A stretch of DNA of 64,000 bases from positions 18,043 through 82,042 of the forward strand of contig JASGEI010000014.1 in the NCBI GenBank assembly GCA_047606545.1, in the 5' to 3' direction. Source of the DNA: Micrococcaceae bacterium. Lineage in GTDB: Bacteria; Actinomycetota; Actinomycetes; Actinomycetales; Micrococcaceae. Positions 34,688-44,978 of this stretch are shown here, piece after piece (within the stretch, counting starts at the first letter, position 1; each line of letters starts with the position of its first letter). Below the pieces are notes generated by a model that was not told where the DNA came from, ran no database searches, and saw nothing but the letters and a program-made list of their open reading frames with translations. The position numbers and the translations under genes were made by a program.

Positions 34688-35754
34688 AAACTCTTATAAG
34701 CTTCCATAGATTTTGCGTAAAGATTATCTTGATTAAATTCTATTTTTACACGTTCCACGGCAGCTTGCCCCATTTTAATTCGCAGCTTTGAGTCCTTAAT
34801 TAATAGCCGTAATTTCTCAATAGTCTCATCTATATCTTTACACACAAAGCCCGTTACTTTATCTTCCACTACGTCACGGTTACCAGTAATATCTGTAACT
34901 ACTGCAGGAAGACCTACTCCTTGAGCCTCAATTACTGCAACTGGTAGGCCTTCCCATAGTGAAGTAGAGAGATAAATATCCATATTCGGAATTTTCCCAA
35001 CAATTTCATCACCAGTTTGCCAACCAGTAAACTCAATAGCATTACCGCTAATCCAACCATCAGAAGTGTCTCGTTCACCAACCCAATAAAACTTTGCCTC
35101 TTCTTTAAGTAACTCAGCAATTTTCTGCCATTTCCATGGTGCTTTTGCATAAGTAACTCGGGCCACGATACCAATTACCGGTTTTTCTACTGATTTTTGA
35201 TAATCTTTTGCTGGCAATTTGTGCACATCAACGACATTATGTAAAACTGTAACTTTTTTAGCTTTCAGTTTAGTTTTAGCTAATTCAGCTTCAGATTCTG
35301 AAACACAAATGACTCCGTCGCATTTACGTGCTAATACTGTCTCAATTATCTGGAAAACCTTACGTGCTTTTTCACTTTTATCTTGCATTAAAAATGACCA
35401 ACCATGTGGTGTATAGAAAACTTTATATTTTGAATTTCTTCGTAAGGAAAGACGACCCACAAAACCAGCAAAAGTTGAATGGATATGCACAACTTCTGGC
35501 TTTGTGTTTTTAATAGTTTCTCGCAAAAACTTTGCAAAACCAGGCATATGTTTTGGTGAAGAGGCTTTATTTTCAAAACGGAAAAGCTCTACATCAATAA
35601 GCTCACTATTAATCTTTGCTTCACTTAATGTATCTGGGCGCACTGAGTAGCACACTGCGACCTGCACGCCATGCTTAGCTTGTTCATTAGCTAAAGTCTT
35701 AACTGCTGAATAAACACCTCCAGCAAAAGATTCCACAACATGAAGAATACGCAC
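34684..35754 (-). CDS. Family 4 (GT-B) glycosyltransferase
   Basis: MRILHVVESFAGG N-terminus and EGLPVAVIEAQGVGLPAVVTD C-terminal motif. GTG start with an aaggtggg RBS. Confidence 0.8.
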   Translation of the reverse strand: MRILHVVESFAGGVYSAVKTLANEQAKHGVQVAVCYSVRPDTLSEAKINSELIDVELFRFENKASSPKHMPGFAKFLRETIKNTKPEVVHIHSTFAGFVGRLSLRRNSKYKVFYTPHGWSFLMQDKSEKARKVFQIIETVLARKCDGVICVSESEAELAKTKLKAKKVTVLHNVVDVHKLPAKDYQKSVEKPVIGIVARVTYAKAPWKWQKIAELLKEEAKFYWVGERDTSDGWISGNAIEFTGWQTGDEIVGKIPNMDIYLSTSLWEGLPVAVIEAQGVGLPAVVTDITGNRDVVEDKVTGFVCKDIDETIEKLRLLIKDSKLRIKMGQAAVERVKIEFNQDNLYAKSMEAYKSF

Positions 35755-35844
35755 TAGTTACATCCCACCTTGAACCCTAAATTTATAAAATTAACTATCC
35801 TAATTGTACGGCAGTTGCTCTTTTCTTTCATGCTCAGCCACAAT

Positions 35845-35918
35845 TCACATTTTCTTACTAAAACAGTATTTCCACTTCTTATAAGCAACGAAAATACCGT
35901 TTTAGTAAGAAAATGTGA
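35845..35918. repeat. Long palindromic intergenic element (26 of 27 bp stem, ~19-nt loop)
   Basis: tcacattttcttactaaaacagtattt ... aaataccgttttagtaagaaaatgtga. It produces the mirror-image spurious ORFs 35754..35942 and 35770..35967. Confidence 0.85.
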
Positions 35919-35945
35919 TGGGGAAAGAATAAAACTACTCAAGGT

Positions 35946-35978
35946 AGCAAAATGGCACCCACCGTAGTGAGTGCCATC
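35946..35978 (-). terminator. Candidate terminator of rplA
   Basis: atggcac / gtgccat stem followed by ttttgc on the minus strand. Confidence 0.5.
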
Positions 35979-35995
35979 TTTGTATGAAGTTTAAT

Positions 35996-36679
35996 TTAAA
36001 GAGCAACTTCCAAAGGAATACCAGGACCAAATGTCGAAGAAACAGATGCTTTCTGGATGTAACGTCCCTTTGCAGAAGAAGGCTTTAGACGCTTAATTTC
36101 TTCAAGTGCAGTCTCATAGTTTTCAGCTAATTTTTCTTTGTCAAAAGAAGTACGACCAATTACGAAATGTAAGTTAGCGTGCTTATCTACGCGGAAAGTT
36201 ACCTTACCACCCTTAATTTCACTAACTGCTTTAACTACATCTGGAGTAACTGTGCCAGTCTTTGGGTTTGGCATTAGGTTACGAGGACCAAGTACCTTAC
36301 CTAGACGACCAACTTTACCCATCATGTCTGGAGTTGCTACTGCAGCATCGAAATCAGTGAAGCCTTCAGAAACCTTTGCAATCAGTTCATCAGAACCAAC
36401 GAAGTCTGCACCAGCAGCTTCCGCATCTTCTGCTTTTGCACCAGTAGCGAAGACGAGAACCCTTGACGTCTTACCTGTACCGTGAGGCAGAATTACTGTA
36501 CCGCGAACCATTTGGTCTGCTTTACGAGGATCAACACTAAGTTTTAGTGCAACCTCAACTGATTGGTCTTTGCCTTCTGTTGCTTCATCGATAATTTCGA
36601 TTGCATCATTTACTGAATAAAGTTTTCCTTGTTCAACTTTTTCAGCATAAGCCTTATAAGCTTTACTACGCTTTGCCAT
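35996..36679 (-). CDS. rplA: 50S ribosomal protein L1
   Basis: Sequence and position after rplK. Confidence 0.97.
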   Translation of the reverse strand: MAKRSKAYKAYAEKVEQGKLYSVNDAIEIIDEATEGKDQSVEVALKLSVDPRKADQMVRGTVILPHGTGKTSRVLVFATGAKAEDAEAAGADFVGSDELIAKVSEGFTDFDAAVATPDMMGKVGRLGKVLGPRNLMPNPKTGTVTPDVVKAVSEIKGGKVTFRVDKHANLHFVIGRTSFDKEKLAENYETALEEIKRLKPSSAKGRYIQKASVSSTFGPGIPLEVAL

Positions 36680-36751
36680 TTTCTGCTCCTTTTAATGCAG
36701 TGTGGTTTATTGAGACAAGCGTTGCCTCATCCCACGGTTTATAAAAATTTA

Positions 36752-37189
36752 TTAGTCTAGATCAGTAGTAATGCCCATTTGACGAGCAGTACCAGCAATA
36801 ATCTTGCTTGCAGCTTTAATATCGTTTGCGTTAAGATCTGGCATCTTAATTTCAGCAATTTCCTCAAGCTTCTTAGTGCTTAGGTGTGCGACCTTATCAG
36901 TGTGAGGTACACCAGAGCCCTTTTGAATCTTTGCAGCTTTCTTGATCAACTCAGCAGCTGGAGGAGTTTTAGTGATGAAAGTGAAAGAGCGATCTTCGTA
37001 TACAGTAATTTCTACTGGAACGATATTGCCACGCTGTGCTTCTGTAGCAGCGTTATATGCTTTACAGAATTCTTGAATGTTAACACCGTGCTGACCAAGT
37101 GCAGGACCGATTGGAGGTGCTGGGTTAGCAGCGCCTGCCTGAATCTGCAGCTTGATTAGACCGGCAACTTTTTTCTGTTGTTTTGCCAA
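36752..37189 (-). CDS. rplK: 50S ribosomal protein L11
   Basis: [16 protein letters not shown] motif. Confidence 0.98.
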   Translation of the reverse strand: MAKQQKKVAGLIKLQIQAGAANPAPPIGPALGQHGVNIQEFCKAYNAATEAQRGNIVPVEITVYEDRSFTFITKTPPAAELIKKAAKIQKGSGVPHTDKVAHLSTKKLEEIAEIKMPDLNANDIKAASKIIAGTARQMGITTDLD

Positions 37190-37238
37190 CTTAGGGTCCT
37201 TTCGTTAGTGTGACACTTTAATTGCCACAAAAAACTTA

Positions 37239-37964
37239 TTATATCTTTGTTACTTGGTTGAAACCAAGTTCAACTGGAGTTTCACGTTCGAAGATTGAAA
37301 CCAAAACTACTAGTTTTTGAGATTCAGCTTTAATCTCTGAAATTGTCGCTGGAAGATTTTCAAATGGACCTTCCTTAACAATCACAGATTCACCAACCTC
37401 GAAATCAATTTCTACGCTAGTAGCTACGATTGGATCTTCATCTTCGTCTGTCTTAACTTCTGTAGCCTCTTCATCTTGCTCTTCTTCGAATACAGGAGCA
37501 AGCATTGAATAAACTTCATCAAGGCTAAGTGGGAATGGGTCATGAGCGTTACCCACAAAACCAGTAACACCTGGAGTGTGGCTTACCACGTTCCATGACT
37601 CATCAGTCATATCCATACGTACTAGTACATAACCTGGAATACGCACACGAGTAACCTTCTTAGGTTCACCGTTTTTAATCTCAGTTACTTCTTCCATTGG
37701 TACTTCAATCTGAAAAATATAATCCTCAGCATTGAAGTTTTGAATACGCTGTTCTAAGTTAATCTTTACGCGTTTTTCATAACCTGCATATGAGTGTAGT
37801 ACATACCAATCACCTGCTTGACGACGAAGCTTAGCTTTAAACTCCTCAGCAGGATCAACTTTATCTTCTTTTTCTTCAGATACTGATTCTACTGCAGTAG
37901 TATCTTCAGCTTCAGTTGCTTCCACAACCTGTTCTTCAGTTTCAGTAACTTTTTGTTCAGACAC
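37239..37964 (-). CDS. nusG: Transcription termination/antitermination factor NusG with acidic N-terminal extension
   Basis: [17 protein letters not shown] domain and C-terminal KOW. Position secE-nusG-rplK. Confidence 0.95.
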   Translation of the reverse strand: MSEQKVTETEEQVVEATEAEDTTAVESVSEEKEDKVDPAEEFKAKLRRQAGDWYVLHSYAGYEKRVKINLEQRIQNFNAEDYIFQIEVPMEEVTEIKNGEPKKVTRVRIPGYVLVRMDMTDESWNVVSHTPGVTGFVGNAHDPFPLSLDEVYSMLAPVFEEEQDEEATEVKTDEDEDPIVATSVEIDFEVGESVIVKEGPFENLPATISEIKAESQKLVVLVSIFERETPVELGFNQVTKI

Positions 37965-38002
37965 GAATTTCCTGCTTCCTAAAAATCGAATAAGGATTTA
38001 AG

Positions 38003-38239
38003 CTAATTGCTTGCAGCGAATAGCCAAATAACTAACTGACCAAATAGTAAATCCAAAAGTGATACAAATACCATCATGGCTACTACAAAGGCTAGAACTA
38101 CTCCGGTGTAGCGTAGTAGTTGCTTTGGTGTCGGTGCAGTTACTTGCTTTAATTCACTAATAACTTGCGATATGAAAAGGGCTATACGTGAAAAGAAACT
38201 ATCTTTTTTTCCAGAAACTGCTTGCTTCTGCTCACTCAT
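38003..38239 (-). CDS. secE: Preprotein translocase subunit SecE
   Basis: 78 aa, one C-terminal TM, lies between tRNA-Trp and nusG. Confidence 0.85.
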   Translation of the reverse strand: MSEQKQAVSGKKDSFFSRIALFISQVISELKQVTAPTPKQLLRYTGVVLAFVVAMMVFVSLLDLLFGQLVIWLFAASN

Positions 38240-38264
38240 AGCACTCCTTCCATAGAGAGTTTCG

Positions 38265-38337
38265 CAGGGCGGACAGGACTCGAACCTGCAACCTGCGGTT
38301 TTGGAGACCGCTGCTCTACCAATTGAGCCACCGCCCT
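38265..38337 (-). tRNA. trnW: tRNA-Trp (anticodon CCA)
   Basis: Minus strand AGGGCGGTGGCTCAATTGGTAGAGCAGCGGTCTCCAAAACCGCAGGTTGCAGGTTCGAGTCCTGTCCGCCCTG. 7-bp acceptor stem, anticodon loop CTCCAAA, GTTCGAGTC T-loop, no encoded CCA. Confidence 0.93.
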
Positions 38338-38357
38338 ATGCGTTTAATTGCATACAA

Positions 38358-38381
38358 TAAAAACCATACATTACTGTATGG
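38358..38381 (-). terminator. Terminator-like hairpin just upstream of tRNA-Trp
   Basis: Minus strand: ccataca gtaa tgtatgg followed by ttttta. No annotated gene lies upstream of it on this strand. Confidence 0.35.
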
Positions 38382-38850
38382 CTTCTTCTGTCAACTCTAC
38401 AGCATCAATCATGACTTGTCTAATATTATTTTAAAATTTGCATATATTGAAATAACGATACATATTGGGATATAAGCTGAAATAACTGCGAATACAAAAA
38501 GCCCTGGACCAAAGATCCCAAGAGATAGCCTCAAATATGCAATTATAAGACAATGCAGTCAAACAGTTTTACTTTAACTTCGTATAAAGTTACCAATTTT
38601 CAGGCTTAGTATATTTTTCGGCAATTATGTCTGGTAATTGCTTAAAATCGAACCATTCAGCTTTTCCATTTCAGGAACATATTGAACTAATTTATCTTTA
38701 TTTAACAAAGCACCAAGTTTCTTGGTCTCAATCTAGGAAAAGACGGGGCATTTTTAATGCTTTTACTAAAATAAGGTAAAGCGTACCAATCCTCAATAAA
38801 AAATGTATGTCAATATTCCAACTTCCGCAATATCATGGGATACTTTCACT

Positions 38851-40026
38851 ATGGATAGAATCTCAAAAAACATAGGACAACTTTCTGAATCAGTAACCCT
38901 TGCAGTGGATGCAAAGGCAAAAGAACTCAAGGCGGCAGGTCGCCCAGTTATAAGTTTTGGTGCCGGAGAACCTGATTTTCCGACTCCAGATTATATTGTG
39001 GAAGCAGCCATAGCCGCTGCTAAAGATCCAAAAAATCATCGCTACTCACCTGCTTCTGGACTACCAGAACTACGCGAAGCTATTGTTAAAAAGACAAAGC
39101 GTGACTCAGGCTACGAAGTTGATGTAGCTAATGTAGTGGTTACTAATGGTGGTAAACAAGCAGTATTTGAGTCATTCTTGGCAATATTTAACCCAGAAGA
39201 CGAGGTAATTTTACCTACACCTTACTGGACTACTTACCCAGAAGTTATCAAACTAGCTGGCGCTAAAGCAATAACACCAGTTGCTGGTGCTGACCAAGAC
39301 TATAAACTAACTGTAAAACAGCTTGAGGAAGTTTACACTGACAAGACTAAAGCATTAATTTTCGTATCCCCTTCAAACCCAACTGGCGCAGTTTACACTG
39401 AAGAAGAAGTGAAGGCTATTGGTAAATGGGCTGTAGAAAAAGACATCTGGGTTATCACTGATGAAATTTATGAGCACCTAGTTTACGGCGATAACAAATT
39501 CACTTCAATTGCCACCGCTACTCCAGATTTGGAAAAAGTAATTATCCTTAATGGTGTAGCAAAGACTTATGCAATGACTGGCTGGCGAGTGGGTTGGATG
39601 ATTGCCCCCAAAGATGTTGCAAAAGCAGTAACTAACTTACAATCACATGCAACTTCTAATGTTGCAAATGTCTCACAGCGTGCAGCTCTTGCGGCAATTG
39701 AAGGACCACTTGATGCAGTTAAAGAGATGCGCATTGCTTTTGATCGTCGTCGTAAATATATGTACGAAACTCTTCGTGAAGTTCCTGGTCTAGTTTTACC
39801 AGAACCGCAAGGGGCTTTCTACGCATATATTGATGTTTCGAAGTACGCCACTGACACTACAGCTCTTGCTGAGGAAATTTTAGAAAAGGAAGAAGTAGCA
39901 GTGGTACCAGGTGAAGCCTTCGGCACCAGTGGCTACATTCGTCTATCTTATGCACTTGGTGATGATGACCTTAAAGAAGGTTTATCAAGATTAGTTTCAT
40001 TTTTTAAGAAACAAAACTCTGCATAG
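38851..40026 (+). CDS. aspC: Pyridoxal-phosphate-dependent aspartate aminotransferase (class I)
   Basis: [30 protein letters not shown](V)G (PLP Lys). [14 protein letters not shown] matches the usual N-terminus; an alternative in-frame ATG lies at 38803. Confidence 0.88.
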   Translation: MDRISKNIGQLSESVTLAVDAKAKELKAAGRPVISFGAGEPDFPTPDYIVEAAIAAAKDPKNHRYSPASGLPELREAIVKKTKRDSGYEVDVANVVVTNGGKQAVFESFLAIFNPEDEVILPTPYWTTYPEVIKLAGAKAITPVAGADQDYKLTVKQLEEVYTDKTKALIFVSPSNPTGAVYTEEEVKAIGKWAVEKDIWVITDEIYEHLVYGDNKFTSIATATPDLEKVIILNGVAKTYAMTGWRVGWMIAPKDVAKAVTNLQSHATSNVANVSQRAALAAIEGPLDAVKEMRIAFDRRRKYMYETLREVPGLVLPEPQGAFYAYIDVSKYATDTTALAEEILEKEEVAVVPGEAFGTSGYIRLSYALGDDDLKEGLSRLVSFFKKQNSA

Positions 40027-40081
40027 GAGTACACTGTAATAGATAAAATTTTTAGAGCTAATAAATAACGAGGAGAACTTT

Positions 40082-41110
40082 ATGAAGTTCGGTATTCTTA
40101 CCAGTGGTGGCGACTGTCCAGGACTTAACTCAGTAATTAGGGCCGTAGTGCTTAAAGGAACTCGCTACTATGGTGCTGAATTCGTTGGTTTCAAAGATGG
40201 TTGGCGTGGTCTAATCGAAAATGATTACATGGAACTAACCCCACACGAAGTTCGTGGTCTTAACAAGCAAGGTGGTACTATCCTTGGCACTTCACGTGTT
40301 AGTGCTTTTGCAGACCATGGTGGCCCAGAAGTGATTGAAAAAGTAGTTAACGATTTAGGCCTTGATGGCATAATTGCGATTGGTGGTGATGGCACTATGG
40401 CTTGTGCTAACCGTATCGCAGAAGAAACTAGTGTTAACATCTTAGGTGTACCTAAAACTATCGATAATGACATCTCTGCTACTGACTATACTTTCGGCTT
40501 TGATACTGCGGTAAGTATTGCCACTGAGGCTATGGATCGAATCCGCACCACCGGTGATTCACATAATCGCTGTATGGTAGTGGAAGTTATGGGACGTAAT
40601 GCTGGATGGATAGCCCTATACTCTGGTCTAGCAGCCGGTGCTCATGCAATTTTGATTCCAGAACACAAAGTTACTATGGATGAAATAGTTGAATGGGTAG
40701 ATTCTGTGAAAAACCGTGGTCGTGCACCATTAGTAGTAGTTGCAGAAGGTTTCATGTTAAAAGATCAAGGTGAAGCATTCTCAAACAAAGGTCTTGACGG
40801 TTTTAATCGACCACGTCTAGGTGGCATAGCAGAAGTTTTGGCACCGATGATTGAAAAACAAAGTGGTATGGAAACTCGTTCGACTGTCCTTGGACACATT
40901 CAGCGCGGTGGTTCACCTACTGCATTTGACCGAGTACTGGCAATACGATTAGGCACAGGTGCTATTGACGCAGCAGCAGCTGGCCAGTGGAACAATATCG
41001 TAGTACTTCGTGGTCGTTACATTCAGCAAGCTAACTTCAAACAGGTTATTGGGGTGCTAAACCCAGTACCAGAAAAGATGTACCAAGAAGCTACTGTGCT
41101 ATTCGGCTAA
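40082..41110 (+). CDS. pfkA: 6-phosphofructokinase
   Basis: TSGGDCPGLN, IGGDGT, PKTIDND motifs; 342 aa. Confidence 0.92.
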   Translation: MKFGILTSGGDCPGLNSVIRAVVLKGTRYYGAEFVGFKDGWRGLIENDYMELTPHEVRGLNKQGGTILGTSRVSAFADHGGPEVIEKVVNDLGLDGIIAIGGDGTMACANRIAEETSVNILGVPKTIDNDISATDYTFGFDTAVSIATEAMDRIRTTGDSHNRCMVVEVMGRNAGWIALYSGLAAGAHAILIPEHKVTMDEIVEWVDSVKNRGRAPLVVVAEGFMLKDQGEAFSNKGLDGFNRPRLGGIAEVLAPMIEKQSGMETRSTVLGHIQRGGSPTAFDRVLAIRLGTGAIDAAAAGQWNNIVVLRGRYIQQANFKQVIGVLNPVPEKMYQEATVLFG

Positions 41111-44100
41111 GGGTACAACACTTTTCGAATTCGTTTATCTGATACCGAATAAGCTGTCTTTATCTCAGGAGTAAAGAGACTTATTCGGTATTCTTCTATC
41201 ATCCAACGCACTTTAACTAGATATGCCGGAGCTGGTTGATCTTTTTGCACAATATTATTACCAGCTAACTCAAAACCAGCTTTTTTAACTTGTGCGTGGT
41301 ACTCAGTTTCCAACGCTTTTACCTTAAGCATATTTAAGTGATCTCTATTAGCGTTATCTTCCATTTTTTGAATTCGTTTTACAGTTGCTTGCAAGTAACG
41401 CAAAATATCAACTAATACAGTTTCTCTAATAAAGTTTTGATACACCAAAGATTCTAGCTGATTCTTGATATCAGTAATAGAGTTCATCAATGCCAATGAG
41501 CTAGTACGCTTTAACTGTTTTTCACAATCTCGTTTTGCGGTAAGTATTGCAGCTACTTGTTTTACGACTTCAAAAGTCTCATCTATAGCTTGCTCTTTAA
41601 CTTTGCACGCTACTTCATAAAACTCTACTTGGGTATTAATTTTATTAAAGTCACTCACAATGTTCTGTACCGCGGTATATTTACAATCTCCTAAAAGTGC
41701 CTTCATGGATGGATAGACGGTATTTGTAAAAAGTAACTTCTCGTTAGCTGTTAAATGATTTTGAATGAAGCCATCAAACTCTGGTAACTCTAGCAATAAC
41801 AACCTAGTTATTCCGCGTTTATTGTGCCACTTTGCCGTAACTTCCGTATCACTAATTGTTAAAGCAACTGTTTTACCTTCATCAACCAAAGCTGGATAAC
41901 CTTTTATTTTATGCCCAGCGAGTTCACGTTCAATAGGTACACTTAAGTTTTGCTTAGGCATAGAAGTTACTTTTTTATTTGTAACTTGCTGAATTGCTTG
42001 TTTACCATTGGTATCCCCAGCTATAAGCGTCTTAGCTACTGCTTGTCTAGCCTTATTACGTAACTTATTTTTTAAAGCTACCAAATCATAACTAGCAGCA
42101 ATACGTTTACCATCTGCCTCAACTGCAATAAAATTCATCTTTAAATGTTTTGGTACTTTTTCCCAATCCCAAGCAGTTTCAGGAATTGGTGTCCCTCGCA
42201 TATCACGTAATACACTGCTAAGTTCTGAGGTTAAAGATTTGTTTATATCTTCATCAAGCGCAACAAGCGCTCTATTTGCAGTATCATTTGCTGGCACATA
42301 GTTTTTACGAATAGCTTTTGGTAATGATTTAATCAAAGCTGTAATTAGTTCAAGTCTAAATCCTGGTACCACCCAATCAAAACCAACGTCTTGCACCTGA
42401 TTAAGCACTGCAATCGGAATTAAAACTGAAGGTCCTTCTTCGTAAGAATAATCTAATCGGAAAGTAAAAGGGGCTTGTTCCCATTCCACTGGATACTCAT
42501 CATCATCGAATTCTTCAGCTTCTTCACTACGAACTAAGTCTTCGCTAAAGTAAAGGAGCTTCTTGTTCTTATAGGATGCGCGTTTATACCATTTATTAAA
42601 GTGGACTGTCGAAATAATATGAGTGGGTAACTGTGAATCATAAAAATCATAGATCTCTTGATCATCTACACGCATATCATAACGCCGCATTCGTTCTTGC
42701 TGAGCTTCAACTTCAGCAAGTAACTGCTTATTATGCTTATAAAATGGAAAATGTGTACGCCATTCGCCTTGTACCAAGGCATGCCAGATAAATAACTCTC
42801 TAGAAAATTCTGGATCAATTTTTCCATACTGAACAAGACGATCTGAAACTACCGGCAAGCCATAAACAGTCACTTTTTTGCGCGCCATGACACTGCCACG
42901 ATCTTTAAACCAAGCAGGTTCACTATAGCTAGTTTTAGCTAACGATCCAGCAAGATCTGCTACCCATTGCGAATCAATAACAGCATTTACTCTAGCCCAC
43001 ATCTTAGAGGTTTCGACAAGTTCAGCAGTGACAATCCAAGATTTATCTACTTTTTGCTTTTTATTTGGAGTTCGTTGTTCTTTTCGATTAAATAAAGCGC
43101 TTCCTGGGAATATTGAAAAACGTACTCCACGAGCTCCACGATATTCACGTTCAACCTCATCCCAATAGCCAATCTGTGAAAGTAAAGCTGACAAAATACT
43201 CTTATGTACTGCTTCTTCATTGCGTGCAGGATTCACTCCAGCATTAAACTTTGGTGCTTTAATACCAATCCCAGCGATAGCTTGTCGCAATTGCCGATAC
43301 ATATCTTGCCATTCGCGAATGCGTAGATAGTTTAAAAATTCTTTACGACAAAGCTTACGAAACTGTGACGAAGAAAGTTTATTTTGCTGTTCTTGTGTGT
43401 ACTGCCATAACTTTAAATAACTGATAAAATCTGAACTTGAATCCGTAAAACGCTTATGGAATTCTTGTGCTTTATCAGCATCATCATGTGGGCGTTCTCT
43501 TGGGTCTTGAATACTAAGCCCGGCTACGATAATTAAAACTTCTTGAACACAGGCTCGATATTTAGCTTCAATAAGCATTCGAGCAAAGCGTGGATCAACT
43601 GGCACTTTCGAAATATCTCTACCAATTCTGGTTAGTCGTACTTTGCCTACACGTTTTCGAGTTCCTTTAACTCGATTAATAGCACCAATTTCCGTCAAAA
43701 CTTGTAATCCATCGCCTACGCTAGACATTGCTGGGCGCTCCACAAATGGGAAATTTAGAATGCTTTGTTCGTTGTGTGCAAAACCAAGAATAAGCATCTG
43801 TAAGATTACTGCAGAAAGGTTAGTCCTGCGAATTTCCGGATCAGTGAACTCTGATCTAGATTGGAAATCAGATTCTGAATACAATCTAATAGCGATACCA
43901 TCAGATACACGCCCACAACGCCCACTGCGTTGATTAGCACTGGCTTGCGAAATATCTTCAATTGGCAGCCGCTGGACTTTCGTTCTATTAGAATAACGAG
44001 AAACTCGCGCTAACCCTGAATCAACTACATATTTAATACCTGGCACAGTTAGCGAAGTTTCTGCCACATTAGTAGCTAAAACAATCCGTGGATTTTTACC

Positions 44101-44931
44101 TGGAGTAAAGATTTGATGTTGTTCTGCTAATGAAAGTCTTGCAAAAAGTGGTAATACTTCAGTATTAGCAAGTCGTGGGATTTTTTGTGTCAATCCACGT
44201 AAAGCAGTAGCTGCTTCTTTGATTTCACGTTCCCCAGGCAAAAATACTAAGATATCACCTGCAGTTTCTTTACGTAACTCAAGCACAGCATCACAAATAC
44301 CATCATTTAATTCACGCTCTTCAAATTGAACTTCTGCAAAAGGATCTGGACGTAGTGGACGATAACGAACTTCTACAGGATAGGTACGTCCAGAAACCGT
44401 CATAATTGGAGCATCGTCAAAATGTTCACTAAAACGTTCTGGATCAATAGTGGCAGAAGTAATAATTACTTTTAAGTTCGGACGCTTTGGTAATAATCGT
44501 TTCAAATACCCTAAAATGAAATCAATATTTAACGAGCGTTCATGGGCTTCATCAATTATAAGAGTATCGTAAGCTCGTAATAATTTATCGTGATGTATTT
44601 CATTTAATAAGATGCCATCAGTCATCACTTTTATACAAGTTTTTGGGTTACTTTTGTCGTTAAACCGCACCTGATATCCGACTTCAGCACCAATTTCAAC
44701 ATTTAATTCTGTAGCAATTCGCTCTGCCACAGTTCGCGCTGCCAGTCGCCTTGGCTGGGTATGCCCAATCATTTTTCGACCAAGTTCTAAACACATCTTA
44801 GGTAACTGTGTAGTTTTACCAGAACCAGTTTCACCAGCAATAATCACTATCTGGTTTTCAGATATAGCCTTTTTAATTTCGGCACGATACTGAGCTACCG
44901 GCAAATCTGGGTAGGTAATTTTTAAAGGCAT
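41107..44931 (-). CDS. hrpA: ATP-dependent RNA helicase HrpA (DEAH box)
   Basis: GETGSGKTTQ, IIDEAHERS, TNVAETSLT, QRSGRCGR; 1274 aa with the long HrpA C-terminal region. Confidence 0.93.
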   Translation of the reverse strand: MPLKITYPDLPVAQYRAEIKKAISENQIVIIAGETGSGKTTQLPKMCLELGRKMIGHTQPRRLAARTVAERIATELNVEIGAEVGYQVRFNDKSNPKTCIKVMTDGILLNEIHHDKLLRAYDTLIIDEAHERSLNIDFILGYLKRLLPKRPNLKVIITSATIDPERFSEHFDDAPIMTVSGRTYPVEVRYRPLRPDPFAEVQFEERELNDGICDAVLELRKETAGDILVFLPGEREIKEAATALRGLTQKIPRLANTEVLPLFARLSLAEQHQIFTPGKNPRIVLATNVAETSLTVPGIKYVVDSGLARVSRYSNRTKVQRLPIEDISQASANQRSGRCGRVSDGIAIRLYSESDFQSRSEFTDPEIRRTNLSAVILQMLILGFAHNEQSILNFPFVERPAMSSVGDGLQVLTEIGAINRVKGTRKRVGKVRLTRIGRDISKVPVDPRFARMLIEAKYRACVQEVLIIVAGLSIQDPRERPHDDADKAQEFHKRFTDSSSDFISYLKLWQYTQEQQNKLSSSQFRKLCRKEFLNYLRIREWQDMYRQLRQAIAGIGIKAPKFNAGVNPARNEEAVHKSILSALLSQIGYWDEVEREYRGARGVRFSIFPGSALFNRKEQRTPNKKQKVDKSWIVTAELVETSKMWARVNAVIDSQWVADLAGSLAKTSYSEPAWFKDRGSVMARKKVTVYGLPVVSDRLVQYGKIDPEFSRELFIWHALVQGEWRTHFPFYKHNKQLLAEVEAQQERMRRYDMRVDDQEIYDFYDSQLPTHIISTVHFNKWYKRASYKNKKLLYFSEDLVRSEEAEEFDDDEYPVEWEQAPFTFRLDYSYEEGPSVLIPIAVLNQVQDVGFDWVVPGFRLELITALIKSLPKAIRKNYVPANDTANRALVALDEDINKSLTSELSSVLRDMRGTPIPETAWDWEKVPKHLKMNFIAVEADGKRIAASYDLVALKNKLRNKARQAVAKTLIAGDTNGKQAIQQVTNKKVTSMPKQNLSVPIERELAGHKIKGYPALVDEGKTVALTISDTEVTAKWHNKRGITRLLLLELPEFDGFIQNHLTANEKLLFTNTVYPSMKALLGDCKYTAVQNIVSDFNKINTQVEFYEVACKVKEQAIDETFEVVKQVAAILTAKRDCEKQLKRTSSLALMNSITDIKNQLESLVYQNFIRETVLVDILRYLQATVKRIQKMEDNANRDHLNMLKVKALETEYHAQVKKAGFELAGNNIVQKDQPAPAYLVKVRWMIEEYRISLFTPEIKTAYSVSDKRIRKVLYP

Positions 44932-44978
44932 GTTCCCATACTAACTAAAAACTTTACATAGCGAGTAAAATTGAAAGC

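Noticed and set aside
35754-35967. ORFs 35754..35942 (-) and 35770..35967 (+), and 16179..16403 (+), which share FL(T/S)...VLVRKCD peptides
   Set aside because: The peptide similarity on both strands is a by-product of the long palindromic repeat element. The ORFs sit in terminator and promoter space and have no start context.
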